In this document: in pieces, positions 10,678 through 20,016 of the stretch
Layout: the number at the start of each line of letters is the position of its first letter
Position numbering within the stretch: position 1 is the first letter of the stretch
Origin: an uncultured Syntrophobacteraceae bacterium
GTDB lineage: Bacteria; Desulfobacterota; Binatia; UBA9968
Length of the DNA: 64,000 nucleotides
Assembly (NCBI GenBank): GCA_964404195.1
Contig: CAYOJC010000010.1
Span: 6,514-70,513 of the forward strand
Direction of reading: 5' to 3'
Notes under the pieces: model-generated
Seen by the model: the letters and a program-made list of their open reading frames with translations, nothing else
Databases searched by the model: none
Told to the model about the DNA's origin: nothing
Translations under genes and position numbers: made by a program

Positions 10678-10920
10678 GTGCCGGCGTTGCTGAGGGTTCG
10701 TGGATACCGATTTTTCTTCTTTAGCATGGAAGGACGGGAACCACCTCATATCCACGTAGCCCAAGCTGGACGGTATGCCAAGTTTTGGCTTGAGCCTGTT
10801 ACGCTTGCGGATGTGCGTGGTTTTAGAAGTCACGAGATCACTGAGATTCGACGGCTAGTTTTTGAGAATCAGCAGTTTTTCCTGGAGAAGTGGCATGAGT
10901 ATTTCGCCGAAAAGAAGTGA
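10678..10920 (+). CDS. DUF4160 domain protein (TA-like pair)
   Basis: MP.LLRV.GYRFFFFS.E..EPPHIHV...AKFWL...WHEYF. Confidence 0.9.
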   Translation: MPALLRVRGYRFFFFSMEGREPPHIHVAQAGRYAKFWLEPVTLADVRGFRSHEITEIRRLVFENQQFFLEKWHEYFAEKK

Positions 10921-11221
10921 AGCTTTAGCGATTGATGTTTCTTGCACCGTCGACACGCTGACGGTGCTTCTCGCGGATGGTCGAACGGTTTCTGCGCCCG
11001 TTGCTTGGTTTCCCCGCCTCATCGCAGCCACTCCCAAGCAGAGGGCTGACTGGGAATTAATTGGCGGGGGTATCGGTATTCATTGGGAATCTATTGACGA
11101 CGACATCTCTGTTGCGAGTCTCCTGCAGCCGGAAAATTTTATGCGCCTGCCTAACGAGTCCCTGCAGCCGACGCGCAAGAAGCGGCCCGTAAAGCTTCGT
11201 GGTCAAAGCATGCGCGGCTGA
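10895..11221 (+). CDS. DUF2442 domain protein (TA-like partner)
   Basis: L.DGRT.S.P..WFPRL..AT..QR..WELIGGG.GIHW..IDDDISV; the C-terminus runs into attC2. Confidence 0.9.
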   Translation: MSISPKRSEALAIDVSCTVDTLTVLLADGRTVSAPVAWFPRLIAATPKQRADWELIGGGIGIHWESIDDDISVASLLQPENFMRLPNESLQPTRKKRPVKLRGQSMRG

Positions 11222-11238
11222 AAGGCCTGCCGTTAAAA
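11149..11238 (+). other. integron attC site (attC2)
   Basis: R'' GCCTAAC, L'' ctgcagccgacgcgca pairing with tgcgcggctgaa, R' GTTAAAA; 90 bp. Confidence 0.8.
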
Positions 11239-11346
11239 ACTCCCTAGAAGGAATTGAGCCGACACGGAAGGCCTTGAGAGTTTCAACTTAATCACTGTGT
11301 TTTTCTCGCCTAACACTCTCTCGCTAAACGGCAATCAAAAAATTGA

Positions 11347-11473
11347 TCACCGCAGCCCTCTGACGATCGACTCCAATCGAGCCGTGACGAGCCACCCGGG
11401 CTGGCTGAGAATGACTCTCGCGGCGGAAGCCGAGATCGGCCGGCCGAGGTTTCACAGGCGCGCCCTTCCGTAA
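11347..11473 (-). pseudogene. diverged duplicate of the 3' end of gene 14026..14283
   Basis: LGRPISASAARVILSQPGWLVTARLESIVRGLR* versus FGKPISASAARIILSQPGRLVTARLESIVRQLR*. Confidence 0.9.
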
Positions 11474-11553
11474 ATCGCCTCCCCGCTTATTCCCCGCGAG
11501 CACGAAGTCGAATTGAAGCGAGCTTTACCCTGGCTGGGGACCTGCGCCGAAAT

Positions 11554-11616
11554 CAAAGGGGTCACAAAGGACAAAGGACAAAGGAAAGGACAAAGGACAA
11601 GACAACAAAGGGGTCA
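11554..11616 (+). repeat. CAAAGGA tandem stutter between two CAAAGGGGTCA copies
   Basis: caaaggggtca-caaagga-caaagga-caaagga-aagga-caaagga-caaga-caa-caaaggggtca. Confidence 0.9.
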
Positions 11617-12642
11617 AGTCCGCTCTTAGCCCTTGACATGCCGAGCAAGATTCACTAGATGCTCTTTATGGCTCGTCCACTACGCATTGAATACCCCGGG
11701 GCATACTACCATGTCATGAACCGAGGTCTTTCCCGCAGGGCCATCTTCTTGGAGGAAAAGGGCCGAGAGCGGTTTTTGGACTTACTTTCCGACATTGCGC
11801 AACTCTGGAAGATAGAGATCTACGCCTACTGTTTGATGGATAACCACTACCACCTCCTCTTTCAGACCCCTAAGGGGGACTCGCCCGCGCGATGCGACAC
11901 CTCGATGGGATCTACACCCAGAGGTTCAACCGAGCCCATCACCGAGACGGTCCCCTATTCCGGGGCCGCTACGAGGCGATCCTGATCGATGCCGAGGAGT
12001 ACTTTTTGTCTGTGGTCCGTTACATCCATCAGAACCCCATAGAGGCAGGAGTCGTATCGGACATAGATCGCTACCGCTGGAGCAGCCAACAGGGGTATCT
12101 GTCAAAGCGCGAGCGTCCTGTATGGCTCAATCCCACTCGGTTCTATCTCGGTTCGGTGGCGTTAGGGAATACCGGGAGTTTATGCACTCTGAGGTTGAAA
12201 AGGAGGTCGTCGATTTTTACAAAGGACCGTATCGGAGGTCGATCTTAGGGGATAAGAGATTTGTGGAGTGGGTCAAGGAGAGACTTGGTGACGGAGCCAG
12301 AGTGGAGGAGGAAAAGCCTGAGTCTCGCAGGGTATTTAAGTTAGGGATTGAGCAGATTGCCCGGGTAACAGCTAAGGTACGGTAAGCCCTTGGAGGAGCT
12401 AAGGAGAAAGCGGCGAGGTGAGGAGAACGAGGCGCGGTCGATGGCGATGTATCTGTGTCGGACCTTGGGAGGGCACAGGCATAGCGAGATCGGTAAGGTG
12501 TTGGGGTTAGAGAAGACCTCATCGGTGAGTTCAGCCTGTTTGAGGATGAAGGCGAGAGTTGGGGTGGAGAGGAAGATAGCCCGGAGAGCGGGAAGGATTG
12601 AAGAAGAACTACAAAAGAGCCAAGGGCGGACTTGACCCCTTT
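11607..12642 (+). mobile_element. Y1 (HUH, RAYT-like) transposase element bounded by 24-bp inverted repeats
   Basis: left aaaggggtcaagtccgctcttagc (11607-11630) versus reverse complement of 12619-12642 aaaggggtcaagtccgcccttggc, 22/24 identical. Confidence 0.8.
11668..12635 (+). pseudogene. Y1 transposase with C-terminal DnaA-like HTH, three frameshifts
   Basis: MARPLRIEYPGAYYHVMNRG, NHYHL (HUH), YIHQNP, YRWSS, ARSMAMYL...SEIG..LG; split over four ORFs (breaks near 11875, 12130, 12385). Confidence 0.9.
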
Positions 12643-13116
12643 ACCTTTACCGATGATCACGATGTCGTCGGCTTGTTCTCCGTCGTGAACCTCAACAGGC
12701 GCCCCGTCAAGGTCTGGCTCTTCAACCTCCTCAGCGAGATCGAAGTTCGACTCGGTGAATTCGTGTCCCGGCACGTCAACGATCAAGAGCTGTACAGCCT
12801 GACTCTTGGCGCGACGACAGATCCCAAGTACGAGGCCGTCAAGCGCCGCTACAAGACAGATCAAGACAACGGCCTTGAGTTGCCTGTGGCCGAATATCTG
12901 TATTTCAAAGACTTGATCAAAGTGGCCGTCTCGAACTCACTCCACCGAAAGCTTGATTCGAGCCGCACTCACTTCGAGCGGTCACTGGGTTCATTGGCCG
13001 CCCTTCGCGACGAAGTAGCTCACCCGGCTCGTTCCTTGGTGCGGGAGGCAAAGGGGGTTATGAGTCTGCAACGACGCGTCGAGCGGATCGATGATACGCT
13101 TAGAAGGTTGCGGTGA
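12643..13116 (+). pseudogene. 5'-truncated CBS-like/HEPN (Rx4H) protein
   Basis: VVGLFSVVNLNRRPV..WLF..LSEIE, EYLYFKDL, LRDEVAHP; no start codon after the transposon end. Confidence 0.55.
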
Positions 13117-13125
13117 AACTGCGCA

Positions 13126-13878
13126 ATGCATTATGACTTAACTTCCGTACCCGAGAGGTATCACAGTTCGCGTGCATTGGCATCTGCCGATGTGAGAAGA
13201 TGGGTGAGTCTTGTTCAAGAGGTCATCCAGCCTGAAGTTAGCAAGTCGTTGATTGATCTTGGATGTGGCACTGGACGATTCACCGTGCCGCTAGCTGAAC
13301 AATTGGGGATTCCTGTTATCGGCGTTGATCCATCGCGGAGGATGCTCCGAGAAGCAAAGGAAAATGCGAGCACATCACGAATTACGTATCGAGAAGGCAG
13401 CGCAGAGTCCATACCGTTGGATGCAAACGCTGGGGCATTGATATTCATGTCGAACGCCATTCACCATGTGAAGAACCTTGATCAGGCTTTGCGGGAGATG
13501 GCCAGAGTCCTCCAACCGCACGGCATTGTGTTCCTCCGAAATTACTCGCGCGAAAATCTGGAATCTCTCTACTATCTACAGTTCTTCCCAGAGGCTATTC
13601 AAATCTCCCGAGAGATGATCTGGCCGCGTAGCACGTTTGTTGAAAGCTTCAGGGCCAGAGGCTTTGCCTTGCTATCGCAAGGAACCGTGCATCAAGAGGC
13701 ATCACCTGACTTTGAGGCTTATATCAGAAAGATCAGTAGCCGAGTCTATTCGGATCTGGCTCTTATTACGGATGAGGCGTTTCACCGAGGCCTCGCTAGA
13801 ATGAAAGAGTCTGGTGCATCGTTGGGAGACGGGCCTGTTATGGAGGACGTTGACTATTTCGTATTTCAGAGATGTTGA
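13126..13878 (+). CDS. class I SAM-dependent methyltransferase (cassette gene)
   Basis: IDLGCGTG, GVDPS..ML, AESIP, LREMARVLQP.G; lower GC than the flanks; attC begins 2 bp after the stop. Confidence 0.92.
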   Translation: MHYDLTSVPERYHSSRALASADVRRWVSLVQEVIQPEVSKSLIDLGCGTGRFTVPLAEQLGIPVIGVDPSRRMLREAKENASTSRITYREGSAESIPLDANAGALIFMSNAIHHVKNLDQALREMARVLQPHGIVFLRNYSRENLESLYYLQFFPEAIQISREMIWPRSTFVESFRARGFALLSQGTVHQEASPDFEAYIRKISSRVYSDLALITDEAFHRGLARMKESGASLGDGPVMEDVDYFVFQRC

Positions 13879-13879
13879 T

Positions 13880-13972
13880 GCCTAACCCGTCGCTGGAGCC
13901 AACGCCTCGGTCGCGTCGCGGTTGCAATCGCCCGCGCCCGACTCGGCGTGGCTCAGCTCTCAGCCGTTAAGA
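13880..13972 (+). other. integron attC site (attC3)
   Basis: R'' GCCTAAC, ctggagccaacgcc pairing with ggcgtggctcag with extrahelical bases, R' GTTAAGA; 93 bp. Confidence 0.88.
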
Positions 13973-14025
13973 CTCTCTCTAGGGACTTTACTGGACACGG
14001 AAAGGCCGCGAGACTCTCGTCTAAA

Positions 14026-14283
14026 TCACCGCAACTGCCTGACGATAGACTCCAAGCGCGCCGTGACCAGCCGCCCTGGCTGGCTTAAAATGATTCTTGC
14101 CGCGGATGCCGAGATCGGTTTGCCGAAGAGACTAAGGCGGCGTCCGTCTCTTTCTTGATTGTTCGCCCACTCGGCAAACTCCTCGGGCGTCGGCGGATGG
14201 CCGATCTCGCACGCGCACCGGCGCACGATGAAGCCGAGCATCATCTTGTTCTGATCGGTTTTTCTCGCCGCGTTATCGTCCAT
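14026..14283 (-). CDS. small hypothetical protein (gene X)
   Basis: 85 aa, GHPPTPEEFAEWANN; its 3' end is conserved at the protein level in the diverged copy at 11347. Confidence 0.8.
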   Translation of the reverse strand: MDDNAARKTDQNKMMLGFIVRRCACEIGHPPTPEEFAEWANNQERDGRRLSLFGKPISASAARIILSQPGRLVTARLESIVRQLR

Positions 14284-14337
14284 CGTTGCGAATTGTTTTC
14301 TTTCTACAGCCTACCGCCTACAGCCTATCGCCTGTTT

Positions 14338-15273
14338 TTAGTCCGTCAGGTGCGTCGTGGCTTTCATGTGCTTGTCGACGGTCACATAGCCGCGGTACTG
14401 ATCCACCATCCAATAGCGGACGCCGAACTCGAATCTCAGCTCCTTCATATCGACGTCGTTGGGATTGAAATGCTGGTGGTGCATCATGCCCGGCGGCACG
14501 TGCACCGCGTCGCCCTGCACCCAGTCGTGCCGCTTGCCGCCGATTTCCGAGTAGCCGCTGCCTTCCAGCGCGTACAGATACGCCTCCGGGTGGGCGTGGC
14601 TGTGGCTTTTCGTATGCGCGAGATCGACGAAGATCGAGCTGATCGCCACCGCCGTCGCCTTGAAGCCGTTCTGCTTACCGCTCCGGCCCATGAGAAAATA
14701 AGTCGCTCCGTGCTTGGACTCGTCGGATTTTTCGAACTGCTCCTGGTGCATCGAGATGCGCCGGCCGTCGACCGGCCAGGATTGCGATTCCTCGGAGGGA
14801 AATTTCGCGAGCGCCGACGCGTCGTTCTGTCCGGCGTCATCGATCTGCTGCATCGGCCCCATGCGTATGAACGACTCGAGCGGCCAGGCCAGGCCGGAGA
14901 GGTAAACCACCGGCTCCTTGCCGGTATTGAAGAGCTGGTGCGCGGAACGATGCGGCACATGAAAGATCGTCCCGCGATGGAAATTATATCGCTTGTCGTC
15001 GAGAATCATGAAACCTTCGCCGCTCTCGACGTAGATCGCCTCTTCGCCGTGAACGTGCTTGCCCGTGTGCCAGCCCGCGGCAATCTCCGCCTTCATCAAT
15101 AGACTGCCGCCCGTGGGAAAGCCGGTCTCGGGAGCGATCATCAGCGCGGCCTTGGCATCTTGCCGCGTGCGAACCCAATTCAAATCTTTCCCGCGCGCCA
15201 CGCGCGGCCCCTCATTCACGACTTTCTCGTTCAGTTCCGATTCATCCAACCACGCCTGATAAAAATCTTTCAT
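14338..15273 (-). CDS. bicupin domain protein
   Basis: two cupin motifs (HTGKHVHGEEAIYV..G.G; HSHAHPEAYLY..EG.G...HHQHFN); RBS GGAGG before ATG 15273. Confidence 0.9.
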   Translation of the reverse strand: MKDFYQAWLDESELNEKVVNEGPRVARGKDLNWVRTRQDAKAALMIAPETGFPTGGSLLMKAEIAAGWHTGKHVHGEEAIYVESGEGFMILDDKRYNFHRGTIFHVPHRSAHQLFNTGKEPVVYLSGLAWPLESFIRMGPMQQIDDAGQNDASALAKFPSEESQSWPVDGRRISMHQEQFEKSDESKHGATYFLMGRSGKQNGFKATAVAISSIFVDLAHTKSHSHAHPEAYLYALEGSGYSEIGGKRHDWVQGDAVHVPPGMMHHQHFNPNDVDMKELRFEFGVRYWMVDQYRGYVTVDKHMKATTHLTD

Positions 15274-15346
15274 CCTGCCTCCGGTAAATTTTTTCTCGAT
15301 TCCTGAAAAATTATCCGATGACCCGGTACAAGTCAAACCGTAAGCG

Positions 15347-16564
15347 TCAAGTCTCAGGTAATTTTCGCAATTGCGGGGCGAAATAAAAGATCGCCACCAA
15401 CAAGACCACCACCGCGCCGGCCTCGATCGCAAACGGAGCGCTGGTCCACTCCGCCATGAAGCCGGCCTGCATGCCACCGAACTCCCTCATGCCGGCCGCG
15501 CTGAGACCATAAACTCCCATCACCCTTCCGCGATAACTGTCCGTAACGTTGAGCTGGATGAGCGTGTTGAGCAGCGTGTCAAAGGTCATGCTCAACATCC
15601 CGACGACAATGAGCATCAAACAGGCCGTCGTAAAACTCCCGCTGGCGGCGAAGAAAAAAATCGCCAGCGCCGAGCCGCACAAACTCATCACCATCGTCCG
15701 CCGATTCACCTGGCTCCGCCCCAGCGCGGCCACGCCGAGCGATCCGATGATAGTTCCCAGCCCCGGCGCCGCGGAAATAAATCCCAGGCCCGACGCGCCA
15801 ATGTTATGGACGACCTTGGCAAACACCGGCAATAGAATAATGTAGGAGCGGCCGAAGATGCTGAAGAGCGCCGAGGTGATCAGCAGCGTGAGAATAAGCT
15901 TTTGCCGGCGGATGTAGCCGATGCCGTCGAGCAGGCTCTCCCCCATGCGCATCGGCTCCCCCTCGGGGCGCGACTTTGGAATGCGTATCCGCAGCATCGC
16001 CGCGATTACGGCGAAGTAAGTCACGGCGTTGATATAGAAACAGCCACTGATGCCGACCGAGTTGACCAACAGCCCCACCAGTGCAGGCCCGAGGAGGCCC
16101 GCGCCGTGCCAGGTGATCGAGTTTAACGCGAGCGCGTTCACCAGGTCTTCGCGGCTGACGAGCTGCGGGATCAGCGAGTGGCGCACCGGCTGCTCGAACG
16201 CCCACACCGTCGCGGTAATCGTGCCGAAGACAAAAATGTGCCACACCTGAATCGCGTCGAACGATAGCAGCACCGCAAGCACGAGCGCGCTCACCAGAGA
16301 GACGATTTGAATCCAGATCATGATGAGCCGCCGGTCCCAACGGTCGGCCATGACGCCGCCCACCAGGAAAAAGAACAGCAACAGCACCGTCCTGAGCAGA
16401 CTGAAGAGCCCGAGATAGAACGGGGAATCGGTCAGGTCGAAGACCAGCCAACCCTGGGCGACGGCCTGCATCCACGCGCCGACGTTCGAAACAAAATAGC
16501 TCGACCAGAACCATAAATAGTCCGGGTAGCGCAGCGCGCGGAAAACCTCGCGTCCTTTGAACAT
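15347..16564 (-). CDS. MFS transporter (MFS_3-like)
   Basis: about 12 TM, GGVMADRWDRR, YRGRVMG. Confidence 0.93.
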   Translation of the reverse strand: MFKGREVFRALRYPDYLWFWSSYFVSNVGAWMQAVAQGWLVFDLTDSPFYLGLFSLLRTVLLLFFFLVGGVMADRWDRRLIMIWIQIVSLVSALVLAVLLSFDAIQVWHIFVFGTITATVWAFEQPVRHSLIPQLVSREDLVNALALNSITWHGAGLLGPALVGLLVNSVGISGCFYINAVTYFAVIAAMLRIRIPKSRPEGEPMRMGESLLDGIGYIRRQKLILTLLITSALFSIFGRSYIILLPVFAKVVHNIGASGLGFISAAPGLGTIIGSLGVAALGRSQVNRRTMVMSLCGSALAIFFFAASGSFTTACLMLIVVGMLSMTFDTLLNTLIQLNVTDSYRGRVMGVYGLSAAGMREFGGMQAGFMAEWTSAPFAIEAGAVVVLLVAIFYFAPQLRKLPET

Positions 16565-16600
16565 AGAAACGTTTTCTTGACGGCGGGATCCCGTTGGATG

Positions 16601-17602
16601 TTAGCGGTTGTAGAGGGCGCGGATAAAACCTGCGTCGTCCAATTCCTTCACAAACCTGTTGTCCATGAAATCCTGCACCTTGGCGTTGGCCGCCTTGGGA
16701 TTGCTTCGCTTGATGAAATCGAGCACGGTCTGGAGTCCCGCCTCGCTGACATAGGGAACTCTGGGGATCACACGGCCAACGTAATAGTCATAGCTCACGT
16801 TAAGTACGTCCATGTCGTCGGTCCGCATGTACTTCTTGAGCACCCCGATCGTGAAATCGCGGTGGCTCTTGGCATAGTGGATGCCGGAGATAAAGCCCTT
16901 CGTGAAGCGGGTCACCGTCTCCGGTTTGTTCTGAATCAGCGTTCGCGTGGTGATCAGTCCCGCCGCTTCATAGGGAATGTTGAGCGCGTTGAGATCGAGC
17001 AGCGCGCGGAAGCCAAGCTTTTGAGCCGCTACGTAAGCTGCCGGAGTCAGCACCGTCGCGTCGACCACCCCCAAATTCAAAGCTGTGATTCTCTCGTTGT
17101 CGCTCCCGATCGTGACGATATTGACGTCGCGCTCGCCGAGACCTAGTTGTTGAACGGCCAGCCGAGCCGCGAAATCGGAATCCGTCCCCGGCCGGCTCAC
17201 CGCCAATTTTTTTCCCTTGAGACCCGCAGCGGAGGTAATTTCCTTTCTGGACACGAGGTAGAACGAAAGACCAGGTGCGGCCGTGGCGATCAGAACGGTA
17301 TCGGACCCGCCCAGCTTGGCTAAAAGCGAAGAGCTGGCGCCAAGAGCGCCGAATTGCGCCTCCCCCACCACCAGTGCGTTGATCGCCGTGGTGCTGCCAC
17401 GGAGAAAAACGACGTCCACATCGAGCCCCTGCTGGCGATAAAGTCCGGCTTCGCGCGCCACCCAGAACGCGGTCAGGTTTCCGCCGAATGAGCCGAACGC
17501 GAGGACGGCTCGCTCGATTTTCTGACTCCGGCCGGACTCGGGAATGAGGAACAGAGAAAAAAGCAAAACCGCCGCGCAGAATCGGGTTGAAATTCGAATC
17601 AT
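16601..17602 (-). CDS. ABC transporter substrate-binding protein (SsuA/NMT1-like)
   Basis: signal peptide, LKGKKLAVSRPGTDSD. Confidence 0.9.
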   Translation of the reverse strand: MIRISTRFCAAVLLFSLFLIPESGRSQKIERAVLAFGSFGGNLTAFWVAREAGLYRQQGLDVDVVFLRGSTTAINALVVGEAQFGALGASSSLLAKLGGSDTVLIATAAPGLSFYLVSRKEITSAAGLKGKKLAVSRPGTDSDFAARLAVQQLGLGERDVNIVTIGSDNERITALNLGVVDATVLTPAAYVAAQKLGFRALLDLNALNIPYEAAGLITTRTLIQNKPETVTRFTKGFISGIHYAKSHRDFTIGVLKKYMRTDDMDVLNVSYDYYVGRVIPRVPYVSEAGLQTVLDFIKRSNPKAANAKVQDFMDNRFVKELDDAGFIRALYNR

Positions 17603-19179
17603 GGTCGTTGTCCGTCTATCAATTTTTTCTTCCGCAAAAATTCACTTACCACATCTTTCGGCGCGCGGCGCGCGCCGTCCACTTCGAAATTCATCTGCTG
17701 CATCTCTTCGACCGAAATGGATTCGCCAAGCGCCTTCAGAACGGCGCGTATCTCCGGATGTTGTTGGAGCGTTTGTCGTCGTACGACCGGCACGGCGTCG
17801 TACGGCGGAAAATACCGGCGGTCGTCTTCCAATTGTACGAGACCAAGGCGCGCGATCAGACCGTCGGTCGAGTTGCCCGCGATCAGATCGATCTGACGGT
17901 CCGCGAGCGCGCGATAGGTCAGCGAGAGATCCATCTCGCGCACCTGGAGAAATTTAAGACCGTAGGCGCGCGCGAATCCGTCGTAGCCGTCGGGACGCGA
18001 CATGAAATCCTGGCCGAATCCCGCGCGCCACCTGGGCGCGTAGCGCGCGGCGTCTGTGATCCTTTTGAGCTTGAGCTTCAGGGCGTCCTCGCCGCGCACC
18101 AGAATCGCAAAAGTATTGTTGAAGCCTAACGGCTCGGTCCATTCGAGGCCGAAACGCGCCGCATATTCTTCTTTGACTCGACGGTATACTTCCTTCGCAT
18201 CCGACAACGGCGGCAGCTTCAAGATCGCGGTCAACGCGGTGCCGGTGTACTCGACATAGGCGTCGATCTCCCCTGCGACGAGCGCGTCGTGCGCCAGGTT
18301 TCCACCAAGGTCGAAGCGGCGTTCGACTTGAAGTCCGGTTTTGCTCTCGATCGCTTGCGCCAAAATTTCTCCGACGATGATCTGCTCCGTGAAATCTTTC
18401 GATCCGATTGCGATCCGACTTGAAGCCGCGCCGGAGTAAAACGCTACGGCGGCCCAAACGCCTAACGCCGCGGCCAGAGCGACGGCCGCTGCTGCAATAA
18501 CGCGCCGCCGGCCGAGCCGCACGCCGGCCCCCCTGCTGAACAACACTTCCACCCAACCGAGAAGAAAATCAGCGGCCAGCGCCATCATCGCGGCCGGCAC
18601 GGCGCCGGCCAGGATCAACGTGTTGTCGTTCATTCGGAGGCCGCGGAAGATATAGCGCCCAAGCCCCCCCGCGTCGATTGCCGCCGCGATCGTGGCGGTT
18701 CCAACGGAAATCACGGTCGCGACGCGCACGCCGGCGATGATGACACCGAGCGCCAGCGGAATCTCGATCTGAAACAAAAGCTGCCGGTCCGTCATGCCGA
18801 GGCCTTTCCCGGCCTCGCGGATCGCCGGGTCCACGTTGCTGATGCCCGTGAAGGTGTTCCGGATGATGGGAAGCAGCGCGTAAAGGACGAGCGCGGCGAC
18901 GGCCGTGCGAGCGCCGATGCCGCCGATGACGCGGACGTGGAAGAGATATATATTCAGCGGGATGAGAAAGCCGAACAGCGCCAGGCTGGGAACCGTCTGC
19001 ATGATGTTGGCGAATCCCAGAATCGGCTTGCTGAGCGAGGGCCGGCGCGTGAGCATGATGCCGAGCGGGACGCCGATCAGAATCGCAATACCGGTGGAGA
19101 CTGCGACGAGAATAAGATGTTCCAGGGATAATTGTGCGACCTCGGCGCGGTGCGCGAGCAGAAATTCCCAAAGATTCAT
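17599..19179 (-). CDS. fused permease/substrate-binding protein, betaine/ergothioneine-type ABC importer (OpuBC/EgtU-like)
   Basis: QTVPSLALFG, EAGKGLGMT, GSKDFTEQ, YVEYTGT, GFNNTF, RPDG, FPPYDA. Confidence 0.92.
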   Translation of the reverse strand: MNLWEFLLAHRAEVAQLSLEHLILVAVSTGIAILIGVPLGIMLTRRPSLSKPILGFANIMQTVPSLALFGFLIPLNIYLFHVRVIGGIGARTAVAALVLYALLPIIRNTFTGISNVDPAIREAGKGLGMTDRQLLFQIEIPLALGVIIAGVRVATVISVGTATIAAAIDAGGLGRYIFRGLRMNDNTLILAGAVPAAMMALAADFLLGWVEVLFSRGAGVRLGRRRVIAAAAVALAAALGVWAAVAFYSGAASSRIAIGSKDFTEQIIVGEILAQAIESKTGLQVERRFDLGGNLAHDALVAGEIDAYVEYTGTALTAILKLPPLSDAKEVYRRVKEEYAARFGLEWTEPLGFNNTFAILVRGEDALKLKLKRITDAARYAPRWRAGFGQDFMSRPDGYDGFARAYGLKFLQVREMDLSLTYRALADRQIDLIAGNSTDGLIARLGLVQLEDDRRYFPPYDAVPVVRRQTLQQHPEIRAVLKALGESISVEEMQQMNFEVDGARRAPKDVVSEFLRKKKLIDGQRP

Positions 19180-19946
19180 GGCGCGGCCTCGGATGACGCC
19201 GGATCGCTGAGGCAAGAGACGAACGCCTGAACTTCAGGCTCGGCCGATTTAAGAAAATCGGCCGGCGGCCCCAGTAAAACTATTTTCCCGTCTTTCAGCA
19301 GCGCGATGCGCGAGGCGAGCAGGAACGCTTCGCGCACGTCGTGCGTGACGAAGACCATGGTCTTCCCCAGCCGCCGCTGCAGCGAGCGAAATTCCTGTTG
19401 GATCTCTCGCCGCGTGATCGGATCGAGCGCGCCGAAAGGCTCGTCGAGCAGCAGGATCGGCGGGTCCGCCGCCAGCGCCCGCGCGACGCCGACTCTCTGG
19501 CGCTGGCCGCCGGAAAGCTCGCGCGGATAACGCCCGGTAAAGCGCTCGTAATCGAGGCCGACCAGATTCAACAACTCGCGCGCTCGCGCGTCGATTTTAC
19601 TCTCTTCCCAACCTTCCAATCGCGGCACGACGCCGATATTTTCCTCGATGGTAAAGTGCGGAAACAGGCCCACTTCCTGGATGACATAGCCGATGCGGCG
19701 CCTGAGCCGGATCGGGTCCCACTCGGTTGTCGTTTTGCCGTCCACGAGCACCTGACCTGAGGTGGGATCGAGAAGCCGGTTGATCAGCTTCAGCGTCGTC
19801 GTCTTGCCGCAGCCGCTCCGTCCGAGCAATACCAGGGTCTCGCCCTGATTGACGCTCAAATTAAGGTCGTAGAGCAGCGTCCTTCCGCTCGGGAGGCGAA
19901 AGCTGACGTTACGGAACTCGATCGCTTTTTGCTCAACCGCTGCCAT
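19176..19946 (-). CDS. ABC ATP-binding protein (OpuA/ProV/EgtV-like)
   Basis: GRSGCGKTT, IGYVIQEVGLFPH, LSGGQRQR, DEPFGALDPITR. Confidence 0.95.
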   Translation of the reverse strand: MAAVEQKAIEFRNVSFRLPSGRTLLYDLNLSVNQGETLVLLGRSGCGKTTTLKLINRLLDPTSGQVLVDGKTTTEWDPIRLRRRIGYVIQEVGLFPHFTIEENIGVVPRLEGWEESKIDARARELLNLVGLDYERFTGRYPRELSGGQRQRVGVARALAADPPILLLDEPFGALDPITRREIQQEFRSLQRRLGKTMVFVTHDVREAFLLASRIALLKDGKIVLLGPPADFLKSAEPEVQAFVSCLSDPASSEAAP

Positions 19947-20016
19947 AAAATTCTATTTCTTGCGGCGCAGAGGACCTAGACACGCGAGATATTTATCCCT
20001 TATAGTCGTAGCGGAC

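Noticed and set aside
11308-11345. Fourth attC starting at GCCTAAC 11308
   Set aside because: No complementary L/R' arm follows
11554-11616. CRISPR array in this or other repeat tracts
   Set aside because: Units are 6-13 bp without unique spacers; no cas genes
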